This document shows positions 26,460-41,780 of a stretch of 64,000 bases of DNA, piece by piece. This DNA is from Eledone cirrhosa (taxonomy: Eukaryota). The first letter of the stretch is position 1; every line of letters starts with the position of its first letter. The notes under the pieces are model-generated. The model did not search any database and was not told where the DNA came from. It saw only the letters and a list, made by a program, of their open reading frames with translations. The position numbers were made by a program, and so were the translations under genes. The stretch is from the NCBI GenBank assembly GCA_964016885.1, contig OZ024740.1:374480001-374544000 (forward strand), in the 5' to 3' direction.

Positions 26460-26460
<1 letters not shown>
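26262..26460. ncRNA. Palindromic module of two back-to-back HHRs (family E)
   Basis: Axis at 26394. Both 26395-26443 (+) and 26345-26393 (-) read GAUUC-CUGAUGA-UUUC-UAAU-GAAU-GAAAC..GUC/..GAAUC. Confidence 0.75.
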
Positions 26461-26524
<64 letters not shown>

Positions 26525-26540
26525 GTTATAAGTATACATT

Positions 26541-26611
<71 letters not shown>

Positions 26612-26618
<7 letters not shown>

Positions 26619-26958
26619 CAAAATATTAATAAATGTATACATTCACTTAATCAAAATATATGTTTTATTATATATATTTCGAAGGTACCGTGTTGATTTT
26701 ACCATCAGAACAAAATACACATATTGATGTATGACATACCTCAATTTATGTATTTTATTTCATGAGGAGTACTGAAAAAACAAACACAGTACCTCCGAAA
26801 TATATATAATAAAACATATATTTTGATTATGTGAATGTTTCCATTTATTAATATTTTGAATAATATTAATAACTCCAGAAAACGGGTTTGTTGAGTGCTT
26901 TTAATCTATTGTAAAACTATATTCGTTTAATAATCAATGAACATTGTTTAACATTTTG

Positions 26959-26960
<2 letters not shown>
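26612..26960. repeat. Fold-back module with two decayed family-C-like HHRs
   Basis: 26612-26700 is the rc of ~26780-26866. HHR remnants at 26662-26717 (-, CUGAUGG) and 26751-26815 (+, stem GGAGUACUG/CAGUACCUCC, GAAAU-AUAU-AUA). Confidence 0.75.
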
Positions 26961-26996
<36 letters not shown>

Positions 26997-27000
<4 letters not shown>

Positions 27001-29512
27001 TAGCCTATTATGAAATTGTGTTCAAATCATTCAATAGCTGACTATCGTTTCTGCCAAACTTTCGTTTGGTATCATCGGAGCATTATCAATGTTTGTACAT
27101 ATAATTAACCTCCTATTCAACTGAACAATCATATAGTTACATATATATTGATGTTGTGAGCACCAGTTTCGTAGTTACAGTGTGTACTGGATGTGACATA
27201 TGTTACGATAATTGTACAAAAATTCAAATTCTAATTAAAAGTACAGAGTCGAATACATGCGACAGATGATACAAGAGAATAGTTTAATTATTAAAGAGGC
27301 ATTGAGAAAGAATCATTGAGAAAGAATGAGTACATTATCAGTACATATGCAAGCGTGTAGAAAGTGCACATGCGTTAGTCATATATATGAGAAGGATATA
27401 ATCAAAGGTATTATGCATATATAGATAAATAAATAAATGAATACTGTATGGTAAGCAAATATGTTAATGTATTGAAATGTATGGTGGATGTAATATGACT
27501 GTTCGAATTTGTGTGTCTTCAGAAAATCAAAGTTATTGTAGTCATTTCCATTACATATGTTAAATTATATTTTAGTTAATGTTTATATTGAATGTTTTAA
27601 GTTAGTTACAGCAATGGATTGTAAATTGGTCTTATTGTATTCTTATTCATGGATTCGAGTTGTTCAACAGGTAGTTTTTCCAACGGTTTAATTTCCGGAA
27701 ATTAGTATGAGATCCAAGATTATGGGGAGCTAATGCATAAGGGGAGGTAACTAGCTAATTAACTATGGGATCTAGTGACCTGCGCCGAGTCACTAGATCC
27801 CATAGTTATGTCAAAGTTGTTATGCGTATCCTTGCGGGTCCATAATTGATCTTCAAATGTAAGTATGGTTTTTCGGGCCGCAAGTATGACATCAATTTGG
27901 AATCTAGTCAGGTCACTGTTGTTCATGGCCATAATTAAAGCCTTATTTAATAGAATAGGGGAAATAGAGGGGTAGTATGAATTGATATCAAATTGTATTA
28001 TTTTTTTTTAAATTCTCTTTAATATCCTTGAACCATTCAATAACTTCACCTGTATTTCCCCCATTGGTTAAGATATATTGTGTGCTTAAATTGCGGGATG
28101 AATGTATCTAATATTTTCTTGCTGACATTAGAGATGTCAGATTTAGAACGGCTAATTAGTCTTATCGAAGGGTTACTAATGAAGTCTTCTTTATGGTCCT
28201 TCAGAGAGAATCTTGGGGGCCTAGGGGTGTATGGCTGTGTATGTCTCTGAAGTCCCAATTTACACGCTATACTACGGCCTTTAATATTTATATCTTCTAG
28301 GTTTTTAGTAGTAATTTTCCTATAGCCCCTATGCAGTTCTTTATATATTAATTTTCTATACGTATTGTAATCTAAGCTATATATATATTATTAGTTTAAT
28401 CTGTATGTACTAGAATTTGTTTTATTTATATTAAATCCTTTAATAGTGGAGTTACATTTGTTTAAAAAGGTGTTGTTTCTATTACGATGTTTTTCGTACC
28501 TTATGTTCTTAACTAGTTTAATTAGATCATTTTCAAAAGTGTTTAATGAGGTGGTGTGGGGAGGGCTTTTAAATGTTTTAAAGCCGTAAGAGTCGAAGTT
28601 GTTTGTATCTCTGTTTTTGTCTAATCGGTGTCTATCGTAATGGAATGTCCTCCATCTCACTGTATTGATAAACGAGTTGACACTATTAATCAAACATTTT
28701 TCATATGTATCTTTAGGTGGTATTGGTATGTTCTTAGTAGACATAGGAAGGTAATCTTTGATAAGCATACTGGTAATTTAATGTATGTTAGCTCAACAGT
28801 ATGGAGCAGTTAATATTAATAATAATTATACTATTTATAATTATGTATATACTATAAACAACTATAAACAGGAAAGGTCAGTAATTTCCTACTACCTTAT
28901 TACCAGTAAGAGAAATAGATCAATGTAAGAACATCAGGTGTTTTACAGAGCAGGAACATAAATTAGACATTTATTAATGTTGTGTTCAAATAATTTAATA
29001 CCTGACAATCGTTTCTTCCAAACTCTCGTTTGGTGTTATCGGAGCATTATCAATGTGTGTACATATAATTAACCTCCTATTCAACTAAACAATCATGTAG
29101 ATACATATATATTGATGTTGTGAGCAACAGTTTCGTAATTTTAATTTGAATATTTGTACAATTTTCGTATAATATATGTCGCATCCAGAACACCCTGTAA
29201 ATACGAAACTGTTGCTCACAATATCAATATATATATATATATGTATTTATATGATTGTTCAGTTGAATAGGAGGTCAATTATATGTACATATATTTAGAA
29301 TTCTCCGATGACACGAAACGATTGTCAGCTATTAAATCATTTGAACACAACTTTGATAATGGTCTAATTTATTTTCCTGCTCTTTAAAACACCTGATATT
29401 CTTATATTGAGCTATTTATCTTACTGGTAATAAGGTAGTAGGACATTACTGACTTATCCTGTTTATATTTGGTTATAGTATATACATAACTATAAATAGT
29501 ATCATTATTATA
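26997..29512 (-). mobile_element. Internally deleted Naiad-type PLE D with two direct pLTRs and an inverted pLTR
   Basis: rc ORF pieces: MSTKNIPIP..VRWRTFH..FENDL, KDHKEDF, FDINSYYPSI, FDITMGSSDSAQV. pLTRs at ~26997-27230 and ~28830-29170. Inverted copy at ~29140-29512. Confidence 0.88.
27033..27084 (-). ncRNA. Type I HHR with U4C core, family D
   Basis: rc: AAUGCU-CCGAUGA-UA-CCAAAC-GAAA-GUUUGG-CA-GAAAC-GAUA-GUC/AGCUAUU. Related copies at 28997-29048 (-) and 29299-29333 (+). Confidence 0.7.
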
Positions 29513-29516
29513 TATT

Positions 29517-29713
<197 letters not shown>

Positions 29714-29811
29714 TTATATATATATAACGTATATATACATATATATATATATATGTGTGTGTGCGTGTATGTATATATACGTTATATATATATATATATA
29801 TATATATATTT

Positions 29812-30030
29812 TAGAAAGATCGAGTATCGAAAAATCGGCGCACGAGTTCACGATAAACGAAATTCGATATGAGCGGCAGAGGGCTCAATAATTCAGATGA
29901 ATCAGAGCTATAACTATCGTTAAAATACCGTCACATATAGAACAAGTCTACAATCAACCATACGATTTAAAATCGATAGAGGAAGATTCGGGCCAAACAG
30001 ATAAAAAATATCAATAAAACAATACGTCAA
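29812..30030 (-). repeat. Divergent solo copy of the family I terminal repeat
   Basis: ATCGAGTATCGAAAAATCGGCGCACGA and CAGAGCTATAACTATCGTTAAAATACC align with the rc of 15780-15960. Confidence 0.65.
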
Positions 30031-30057
30031 TAATTTATTATATTATTATTATATATT

Positions 30058-30130
<73 letters not shown>

Positions 30131-30304
30131 GTGTATACACACATAAATATATATTTATTTATTTATTTAGGTTCGTTGGTTCACCAGTGGATAGAACTGG
30201 TCATTCCGTATGGTCAACTTCGATGTAATATTATGGAGAGCACTCAACGTAATGCAACTCTCCCTTCTTCGTGTGCGGCGTTAGTCGTGCGAGTACGGAG
30301 TTAA

Positions 30305-30570
30305 TTATTATAAAATAACAGGAGGCTGGATTGGTGTGAATTCTTAAAAGGTTTATTATACCATGATCATTCCAGGGTAGAAGATGCTAATTGTTCGGTC
30401 GCCCTCATGTCTCTGATTTTCAGACGCATGAATTTTGTCTATTCCTTTGTTATATTTCGAAAACCTCATGATGTCACCGGATTCATACTGAACCCTGTCA
30501 TTGAAATGATCATATTATAATAAACCTTTTAAGGAATTACAATAGTCTAGCCTCCTGTTATTTTATTATA
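30305..30570. repeat. Fold-back module of family G with decayed HHR
   Basis: 30305-30375 is the rc of 30503-30570. 30461-30518 reads CUCAUGA..GAAAU-GAUC-AUA. Homologous to 55175-55330. Confidence 0.7.
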
Positions 30571-30587
30571 TATATATATATATATAT

Positions 30588-31010
30588 ACTATAGAGTAAA
30601 CCATGTCCATAGAATTATTTGCTAATATATAAGCATTTCTAACTTTAATTTTATACCTAATTGTGTATGGTTGATCGTATATTTAATTAGTTTCCACGTG
30701 CTGTTGAAATGTTGGGTAGATATTCAATAGCGGTTGGCCGCGAAGACGCTGCTATCGTATATTTATTTACTGTTTCTTCATAGGTGCCTTTTAATCTTGT
30801 AGTCTGGTCTAATTGATTTTTTGTGTAGTTAATTATGCCAATTGGGAGAAGAAATAATGGATATATTATCAAATAATTCTATGGACATGCTTTACTTTAT
30901 AGTATTTTGCTCTGATTATTTTATTTATTAATTCTTCATTGAGCCACATCGTGAATGGTTGCCAAAAAACATATATATCTGTGACTTTGTTTAATTGGTG
31001 TATGTGTAAA
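30588..31010. repeat. TA-flanked module with ~35-bp inverted arms
   Basis: ACTATAGAGTAAACCATGTCCATAGAATTATTT (30588) is the rc of 30871-30904. The right arm is extended. Confidence 0.65.
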
Positions 31011-31020
31011 TATTTATATA

Positions 31021-31101
<81 letters not shown>

Positions 31102-31127
31102 CGAGAGAGAGAGAGAGAGAGAGAGAT

Positions 31128-34100
31128 TACAGTAATCAAAGTTCAGTTTAAGTCATTTATTTGCTTACAATTGTTTCCTCCAAACCGAGGTTTGGATTCT
31201 TCGGAGCAGATATTTATAACATACTTGACCTCCTTTTCAACCCAAGAGACACATAAAACATATGCGCATATTGATCAACAGTGGGGTGACATTCATCAAA
31301 TGAAACAGCATGGCAATTTACATATAAAGTGTTACATGATAAAAATAAAATAAAATGAAAGCAAGAGTGAAAATAAGAGTGAAAATAAAGATAAACATGA
31401 AGCGTTGACAGTCTATGAAGATAAAGCAAGAGGAAAGCTTAGATTAGTCAGTGCATGAAGCAATCTCCCGTGTAGCATGCACGCTTGTCTTATCTATACA
31501 TGATTAGAGTGCGTCAGAATGATATTTGCAGGGTCAGGCAGTTGAAGCAGGCAATCGATCTTATTATATAGGCTGAATTATTAAGTCATTTATTCTCATA
31601 CATCTGTATGATATACAGTCTCGGATGCGGGGAAACACCAAAATATCAAAAACCTTCAACATACTATAAACCTTATTGTATCGTAGGCAAGGTCGTACCA
31701 CTGTCCTTGCTCACACCACCACTCACATAATCCATGAGACGCAATATATATAGAGAGAAGACGCGTCTATCGTATAATTTGCAGTGGTTCAGCATATAGT
31801 CAAGCTATAAACCGTATCCAGTCGGTTCTTAATTAATATATCATGCTGTCCAAATTCCGGAAGAGCCTGAATGATTAAGGGGAATTAATGCGTAAGGGGA
31901 GGTAACTAGCTAGTTATTTTAGTTACATTACTATGCTAAACTACATTAATGGTGATTCAAATACGTGCCTATCATGTGAAGTTATAACTAATATCTAGAG
32001 TATGGTACCCATTTATAAGTTAGAGAGTTGTTCATTAAGAAGTACAAGGGTGTATATACTAGGATGATTGCCATCCATTAATTAAGGGGTGTCATATCTG
32101 AACGTTCTATAAGAGGAGTCAGACTTTCAAGTCACTGCTCCATGCAAATGTAATACAACTGTAGGACCTGGTATGGTCCCACTATTATATATGCCACCCG
32201 GTAGGCTCCGGGTCATTGCTTGCCTGCATCTCCAGTAAATCTTCGGTATGGTCCGGAGATCCGATCTCTCATATAAATGCACTAGTCTGGCCAACAGGCA
32301 ATAGACAACCCCCGTCTCAAATATAAATCAATTATGTATCACATCTCCAAGCTAGAGTGGAGTCTATTAATAGGTATTAAAGGAGTCCACATCAAGATGA
32401 TTACGTGCATAATTCAATGAACTGATCGCTTACGGTATATACTCACTTAACAATACGATTATCTATCTAATCATCAATCTATCTCTTGGTGGTAATCCAT
32501 GCACAGGACTATGCTATCACAACCAGTACCGTGTCCCCATTTATACTAATCTTATATTTGTGCAATGCAGAATAAGTAGTCCACGGTCGGAATATCAGTA
32601 TTAGGGGTACAAGGGGGTATTCCCAGGGTAGGTTGCACTCAAACGCTGTCAGTATTATATTTAGAATATAGAGATGGGTGTGGATGTGAGGTGTAAGGTG
32701 TGCTACTGATGTTAATTGCTAGGGGTGGTGCCGGTTCCAGTCTGACACTATTATATATAGGGTTTAAAGTTTTGGAACGAGTGTCGGAAGCGGTGTTGGC
32801 AATTTGCGAACACTTCTGATTTTTTATTAAGGAGATTATGTTTAGAGAAGATGATAGTATGGGTCTCTAGTAGACAGAGGTTACAAAATTTATCAGGTGG
32901 TTTGTACGATGTTGCACTACCTACCACTTCCCATTTAAGTGTATATATTTTATTTTTAGTTTTTAGATAGTGTATGTAGCTAGATAGTGAAGTGGAGTTG
33001 GCTAGACTGTGTTTTTTGAAAGAGTGGAGGTGCGAATTGTATCTAGTTTTGAAGCAGTTAGAAGTGGAGCCTATGTAGGTTTCAGAAGAGCTGTTAGTTG
33101 TGACTGTACAGGAGTATATGATATCCTTGGTTAAGCATTTTTTATCTAAAGGGCAGGTTCTACTTGATCTACAGTTACAATTACTCTGGGTGCTAGTCTG
33201 CCGGTTACTATGCTGTGTAGAAGTTTGGAGGTTAGCTATAGGGTTATGGTTACGCAGGGTGTGGTACGCAGCGTTAATGTTTACACTAGTGCTATTACTA
33301 CTATTTCCATTGATATTACGGTTATTTGTTATAATGTTACTTTGACTGTCATTTTGAATGTTATTTTGAAGGTTTATCGACCGTTGTGATTTAGTTTGTT
33401 GGAAGTAAGAATTAATTTTTCTTTTATTTGTACTAGCTATGTGGTATGCTAAGTTAGGCGTAGTAGAGTATGAGATCTTAATAGTGTTTTTGTTTAAAAG
33501 GCCGTGGTACCTGTGGCCGGATGGGAAGTGTTTATCTAGTAGTGAGAAGAAAGCCCTAGGAAGGTTGGTAGAGACGTTTAAATTGAAAGGAGGGTTGAAC
33601 AATGTATTATTTCTTCTTCTATTTCTGTTTTTTATGTCTGGTGATTTGTTTCCTTTAATGTTCCTATGGTCATTTCTGTGGTGCGGGTTACTCTTGTTGT
33701 TACAATCCCTATTAGTGTGTGTGCAGTTGCTATTCTTATTATTAAATTTTCCCATGGACATGTTGTGTCAAATGATGTTGTAGCTATGTGTTTTTGTAGG
33801 TAGGAACTCTATCCCTGTATTATGGCCTGATCTAGCTAATGCCTGATTATAATACTGCGAGTTATTGTTAAATGTGTTTATGTCATAGGATAGATTAGAG
33901 ATTCTATTAGATACTCCCTTAGAGATAGAGTTTAATATAGATTTAGGGTGGTTAGACTTGGTATTTACGTAGATGAGTTTTTCATTAGGTTTGTGGAAAG
34001 GTGCATATATCATTGAGTCTAAGTAGAGTGTGGCGTCTAGGAAGTTGACGTGTTTGGTGTTTTTGTCCATGGTAATACTAAGGTTAAAGTTTTTGAATGT

Positions 34101-34191
34101 TTTGTTCAATAGTTTTCTAGTCCTTTCTATATTGAATTTTTTATAGTCTATAAGTAGAAGTGCATCGTCGCGATACAAACCACCGCTGAGG
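31128..34191 (-). mobile_element. 5'-truncated Naiad-type PLE
   Basis: [61 protein letters not shown] (32751-34188). A long 3' UTR ends in a family D HHR. Confidence 0.9.
31162..31208 (-). ncRNA. Type I HHR with U4C core (family D relative)
   Basis: rc: UGCU-CCGAAGA-A-UCCAAACC-UC-GGUUUGGA-G-GAAAC-AAUU-GUA/AGCA. Confidence 0.72.
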
Positions 34192-34319
<128 letters not shown>

Positions 34320-34335
34320 TATATACCTCAGCGGT

Positions 34336-34390
<55 letters not shown>

Positions 34391-34409
34391 TTATATATAT
34401 ATATATATA

Positions 34410-34865
34410 TGAATGCATGGATGCTATATTTGGTAATATACCGTATGTTTAATTAAAGACATTTAGAAGCCCATACGTTATCAGTTTTAAAGTAGGAACT
34501 ATGTCACTTACTTCTTTTTGGCGAAGGAAGGGAGAGAAGTTGACAGTCAGCTTCACGCTGGTTGGCGTTCATCAGAGCCATGCACTCCCCTGCTTCCGCC
34601 GAAAATTAGAGACGCTGGATTCTTATAGAATTCCAGTAATAATCAGGAGCTGATTATACACAGCAATTGCCGGTCCAGCAAAAATTAAGTATTAGGATTG
34701 GTGCTCTGAAATAGCGATGTATACATGAATGTATGTATGGTATATTGGGCAATATACCGTATGTTTAATTTAAAAGATTTAGAAGACCTTATGGAATCAG
34801 TTTTAAAGTAGGGGCTATGTCACTTACTTCTTTTCGGCGAAATAATGGATAGAAGCTGACAGTCT
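34410..34865 (-). repeat. Family B tandem unit (~316-nt period) with canonical-core HHR
   Basis: TGACAGTC at 34541 and 34857. HHR at 34538-34579, rc: GGCU-CUGAUGA-ACGC-CAACCA-GCGU-GAAGC-UGACU-GUC/AACU. Confidence 0.8.
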
Positions 34866-34899
34866 ATATACACAAACACACATACACCCACATACCTAC

Positions 34900-35602
<703 letters not shown>

Positions 35603-35949
35603 CATCGCATACGTTAGCTTCTATATTTGATAACGTTTGTTAAACTACACAATTCTTAGTCGACATTGAATGGGAGACAAAGTGCTAAGTTTATTTAGAA
35701 GAGGCCTGGATCTCGAAGTACTTACGATCTTCGTGGATGTGAGTAATAGTCAATATGCTGATTTTAGACTTGTGGCCAGCTATATCCTAAAAAGGCAGGA
35801 AAATCGGATTTCTTCAAGCGTCTTGAAGAATATTTTATAACGTCTGTACGATTATCGTTAGAGACGAATTGGATAGGCATTTCAGGCGAACGTGGGGCTG
35901 GCTAAGAGTAATTGATAAAATCGGGGAGCTCAAAGTCCTCCAGAACCTG

Positions 35950-36900
35950 ATCAGACAATTCCATCTGACTGACAGGTACCGACTAGATTTCTCGAATGCG
36001 GCAGTATGGACAAGGGGCAATTACATTGATTTTCTAGATTGTATTTAAATACGGTTTTCCCTATGTTAGCAGATAGGAATGGAGTAGGGTTTCAACAACT
36101 ACAAACTATCGCCTATCCAGTCAAACAATTTGTGATTTGCATTATCAACATAGATAGATCACTTAAACAAGGACCCGATTACTGGACGTTTGACACGTGG
36201 TTTCCGGCACGTTAAGTCTTACAAAGCCTCATTAGCGCATTAGGTAAGAGACAGTTGACAGGGGAAATCGTCAACAACAAATGGTGGTGCGCTCTCAAGT
36301 TGGAGATTAGAGTAGATTCAATAGCTTTTATTAAAGAAGCAGCGATAGGAAATTGTGCAAAAATGTTATTTAATAGCTAAACTACAAGACGCGATTGATA
36401 TTTTATAACATCCCAGATAGTTATGGATAGAACATTTCTTTTACGCCAAATACGATGGTTGCTTTCTCAGAGCTAAGACACGTACTATAATACCTGACGT
36501 AACTAAAGGGACTCCGACAGGAGAAACACTAAACAAATCAGTCATTGACGGACCGAAACGGCTGCGTGTTGTTCGATTGCAAACACAGGCGTTCAGTTTT
36601 CTAGCGGTATAATACAAAGCTGATTAGAGCAAGCGATGATACAGAGATGCTAGCGTACACTAGTTCAGAACTTGGCGGCTAGAAGGCGACAGCAGGAAAT
36701 GCGAAGTGCTGTGAGAAACCGATATTAGCAAATGAGGTATGGGAAACTTTATGCGGCTGCACGAGGCACAATCACCTGAATTAAATGGTCTGCCATACAG
36801 GTTTCATATAGACATAACAAATTCATTATCTTATGACCTTGACGCTGACTACGGAAACTGGCATAAAGACGGATGTTTTTCCAGCTCTGTAAGGAAAGGG
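35950..36900 (+). mobile_element. Highly degraded non-LTR RT remnant
   Basis: Scattered RT-like motifs in the expected order (NYRL, RGFRHVKS, TKGTPTG, DAD), with many stops. Confidence 0.4.
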
Positions 36901-37125
36901 TATATTTTTATCATTTCTGGCCCACAACACAGATAAAAGCGCTGTGTCAGCCATACAAATGGCATCCTCATGATGGTCTTTGTATTTTCTGGCATTTTAA
37001 ATGTCTACATATTTAGAATGTGTAGAATTATATAAACATTGTCGCAATCTCAGTTACTCTTCTGTATTTAAACAGATATAACTTTACAGTACACTTCGGC
37101 TGCCCACCGCACTTTTTATAAGACA

Positions 37126-37480
37126 CTAGCAGATTTACCCGGCGTTGCTCGGGGTTTGAAATTATGCTAAGAATATACAGATACGAAGTAAAAGAAGAAC
37201 ATTATCTGTCCCCAATCTGTCAAAATAAGCGGTCTCTTTATAAGAATTGTCAATGAAGTTGGTTATCTCTCTTACATCAATTTCGCTACCGATAAATTTG
37301 ATATCGATTCTTTATTGCTCAACATGGGTCGATTGGAAAAGTGTTTGTGATGTGACCATCCTAGCGACCTGCGCAACGTGCACAGGAAAGTTGGTCAAAT
37401 TCGGTTGGTAATTGTAAAAACCTTAGGTATCCAAAGTTGTACATAGACACACACCCATCCTCGTTTTGATATATATAAAT
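37126..37480 (+). mobile_element. Non-autonomous Helitron/Helentron-like element
   Basis: 5' ACTAG..ACCCGGCGTTGCTCGGG hairpin. The 3' end has AAGTTGGTCAAATTCGGTTG, a (CA)-rich tract and a TATATAAAT terminus, as in DINE-1/Lep1-like elements. Confidence 0.55.
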
Positions 37481-37533
37481 ATATACACACACACATACGT
37501 ACACACGCAAACTCACCAGATACACACACACAA

Positions 37534-37574
<41 letters not shown>

Positions 37575-37576
37575 TA

Positions 37577-38389
37577 CAGCTACACAGGACCAGGAGGGAC
37601 CGATATCCCCGTGTCAAAATCGATACGAGACCTGCGCATAGACATGAGCGATGATGCATCTTTTTCTTCACACATCATGAAGGTGGCGACAACATGTAGA
37701 CGATTCGCTGGCTGGATCTTGAGGACTTTCCTTACAAGAGATCGAGACACCATGTTGACACTGTGGAGGACTTTTGTCCTAAGCCGCCTGGTCTACTGCT
37801 CCCAGCTGTGGTCACTCCATAGTGTCAAACTAACCACGGAGCTTGAGGTAATCCAGCGAAGCTACACCAAGAGGATTGCCAAGATAAGGGAGACAAGCTA
37901 CTGGGAGAGGCTAAAGGAACTGAACCTCTACTTGGAGCGAAGACGGGAGAGATACGCAGTGATCTACATGTGGAAAATCCTGGAGGGACTAGCACCAAAC
38001 TTTGGCATTGGGAGCTGGACCAACCGTCGAACAGGACGTCACCGTGTGGTGCCAAAGGTCCCGTCTTCCACATCTAGAATAAGGAGCAGGTATTGCAATA
38101 GCCTGGGATTCAAGGGCCCTCATCTCTTCAACAGGCTGCCGAGGCATCTGCGACACTTGCATGACGTGAAGGTGGATGTCTTTAAGAAACATCTCGACAC
38201 CTTGTTATCCAGGATCCCGGATGAGCCCACAGCAAGACACGAGGGAAACCTAAGGGCAGCAGCAACAAACTCCCTCCTACACCAGTGGCCAACCTATACA
38301 GGCTGGAGATAAAATGTGTAGCATCAAGGGCGGTGCCCCAGCATGGCCTCAGCCGGATGGCTGAAACAGGTAAAAGAGTAAAAGAGTAA
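37577..38389 (+). mobile_element. 5'-truncated CR1-group LINE
   Basis: Post-RT region WILRTF..LSRLVYCSQLWS..LEVIQR..YWERLKELNL..ERRRER, with a (GTAAAAGA)n tail. (TA)n on both sides. Confidence 0.88.
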
Positions 38390-39290
<901 letters not shown>

Positions 39291-39350
39291 AGAAAGTGAC
39301 GATTTTTTTACAAAATGAAAAATTACCGAGGTGTCCTACACGAGTGAAAG

Positions 39351-39468
39351 TATAAAGAAAAAGAGATGAAATCGAAAATGCAACTGGAGTCTTATTTTTT
39401 TAAATATAAATATATATATATTTTAAAAAAATAAGACTCCAGTTGCATTTTCGATTTCATCTCTTTTT

Positions 39469-39474
<6 letters not shown>
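39351..39474. repeat. Near-perfect palindrome, ~50-bp arms around a TA-rich centre
   Basis: TATAAAGAAAAAGAGATGAAATCGAAAATGCAACTGGAGTCTTATTTTTT followed by its exact reverse complement. Confidence 0.9.
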
Positions 39475-39539
<65 letters not shown>

Positions 39540-40014
39540 TTTAAAAAAATATGCAATATTAATAAAACAAATTAATGATTATTGAGTAGATAAAACAAAC
39601 ATTAACTATAATCACTTTCTGGGTGTCACAATATGAATAAAACATAAAGTCAAATAAAATATACAATTCAGATTATTACAATTATTGTTAAAAGCATTTA
39701 ATTAACTCATGAGAGAAACATAGCCTTTAACATAGTTTTACAGTAAAACAAAAGATGAAAAAAGTAATCAAATATAACACAATATCAAATATGTTATTTC
39801 AGGTGGGAGGAGTATTATTTTAATATAGTTTACTCCTGAAAATAAAATAGGGGAATATGAAGCAGATCTTTTCAAGATATAATCGTAAGTTGCCATAATA
39901 GAAAAAACCTATGTATGATCAGTGACCATATTAGAGAATGATAAAGGACGTGTATATGCGCAAGAATTCATGACTTTAATCATCAGAATTTAGTAAAATT
40001 ATGTGCTAAGTATG

Positions 40015-41780
40015 AATATTTGCTCGGCTGTGCCTCTGTTCTGGCTAAAAGCGCACTATTCATCAGCTAGCGTAGACATAACAATGTTCCTGCATCTCTT
40101 TGCCAGATATTAAGCATAGGCGTAAACGAGGATTCTTAAAAAGAAGAACTCACTGCAATTGGAGCAATCTCTCTTGTCTCCCTTTTTGAAAATTGGGATT
40201 ATCATTCCCGATATCCATTGCTTAGCTGCCTTTCCACAGATCGAGGGCAACTGTCACACACGAGGGAGACAGAGAATAACTTCTCTATTTCAGGCTTTTC
40301 TTCCCCAGCTGCCTTGCCAAATTCAAGCTCTTTAACTGCTCTTGTGGCCTCCGTCTTTGAGAGATTAGTCACCACTCCCAGATCAGACTCGTATACGTCA
40401 GCAGATGCTGTTTTGATTGGGATAAGGGACCAAAGTATTCTCTCCACGTCACAGGAATGCAGCTTGCTGAAACAAGGAGAAACGATGACGGGTTCTTAAT
40501 ATAAGATGTGGATGAGGGCTTCTTTCAAAGTCGGTGGATGAGGGCTTCTTTCGAAGTCGGTGGATGATCTGCCAGAACTCTTTATGTGCTGATCTGAACA
40601 CGGATTCCAGCTTAAGTCCAAAGTCTTCACATGTCTTAACTTTGGACTCCTTTAATTTCTCTGCAGCGATTCTCCCTGCTAGCTCGTCCCGTCGTCTGTG
40701 CAAGACGGAGAATTTACTCCAAAGCCACAATTTGTAAGCCTACTTCTTTGCTGAAGAGGCATATTTGACCCTTGATTAAACAACGGGGTCCTCGTGTCAT
40801 CCAGCGCCACACCATGCATATTTCGTCAGCAGGTTTTAACATCTGAAGCAGAAACTGCTGAACTAAGCAATCTCCACTCTTTCTCAACGACATAAGTTTG
40901 CTCAGGACGTTCTCGGAATTTGAGGAAATCGTGTCTGCATAGCTGGTAATGATTTCTTTATCCAGAAATATTTCACATTTTTTCCAGTAAGCCACTTTTG
41001 ATCTGCCCGTTGTATGGGCTTCTTTGGATTTATGTAGTCTCAGGCTGCAGATAAATATATGGTGATCAGTTGCTCCTTTCAGAATCAAAGAGATCAGAAA
41101 CAATAACAAAATCAAATATAGATACCTGTCCTTGATTACTCTTGTACCATATATATTTATGGATGTTTCTGTGCTGGAAGAAAGTGTTCATAATAGAGAG
41201 TCCATTCGTAGAACGGAGACCTAGTAAGGTCTGTCCATTCGAATTTAGATTGAGGCCTCCATTCTTTCCAATCAATCCTTTTCCTGTCAGGTGGTCAGTG
41301 CAAAAGTGAGCCTTAAATTCTTCCATCAGGATATATGACTCAGTCGTAACTACATCTAACTCTGCAGTAAATTCATTAAAGAAGGACCGCTATTCGAACT
41401 CTTTTTTTGCCAACCCATGAGACCAATCTTTCGGCCTAAGCTTCAAGAGAGAGGCAAATCCTTTCTCCTAATGGAATCCAGCTCATAATACATTCTGACA
41501 TCCGGGGCCTTGTGAGTATCACTACCCCTGCTTGTGCAGTCATTTCTGGCGCCATACCTGCATAGCAGAATTTCCATCCTCCATCCAAATCTACTGTAAC
41601 GTAGCTTAGTAGCACCGTTGAGGAAATCCTGACGATATCCAATGGGTGGCATCTAACATCCTTCATTAGGTTCTGCTCCTTACCTGTAAGCATTATGATG
41701 TTCCAGGTTCCAAGGCCCCACTTTAGGATATCAGGATACACAATGTCTGGATCGGAACTCTTTGAGATGAAAATCATTTT
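40015..41780 (-). mobile_element. Degraded RTE-clade LINE (APE and start of RT)
   Basis: GTWN, NSNGQTLL..NTFFQHR, TDHH, KEFWQII, GKAAGE, IPIFKKGDKRDCSN. Confidence 0.85.
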
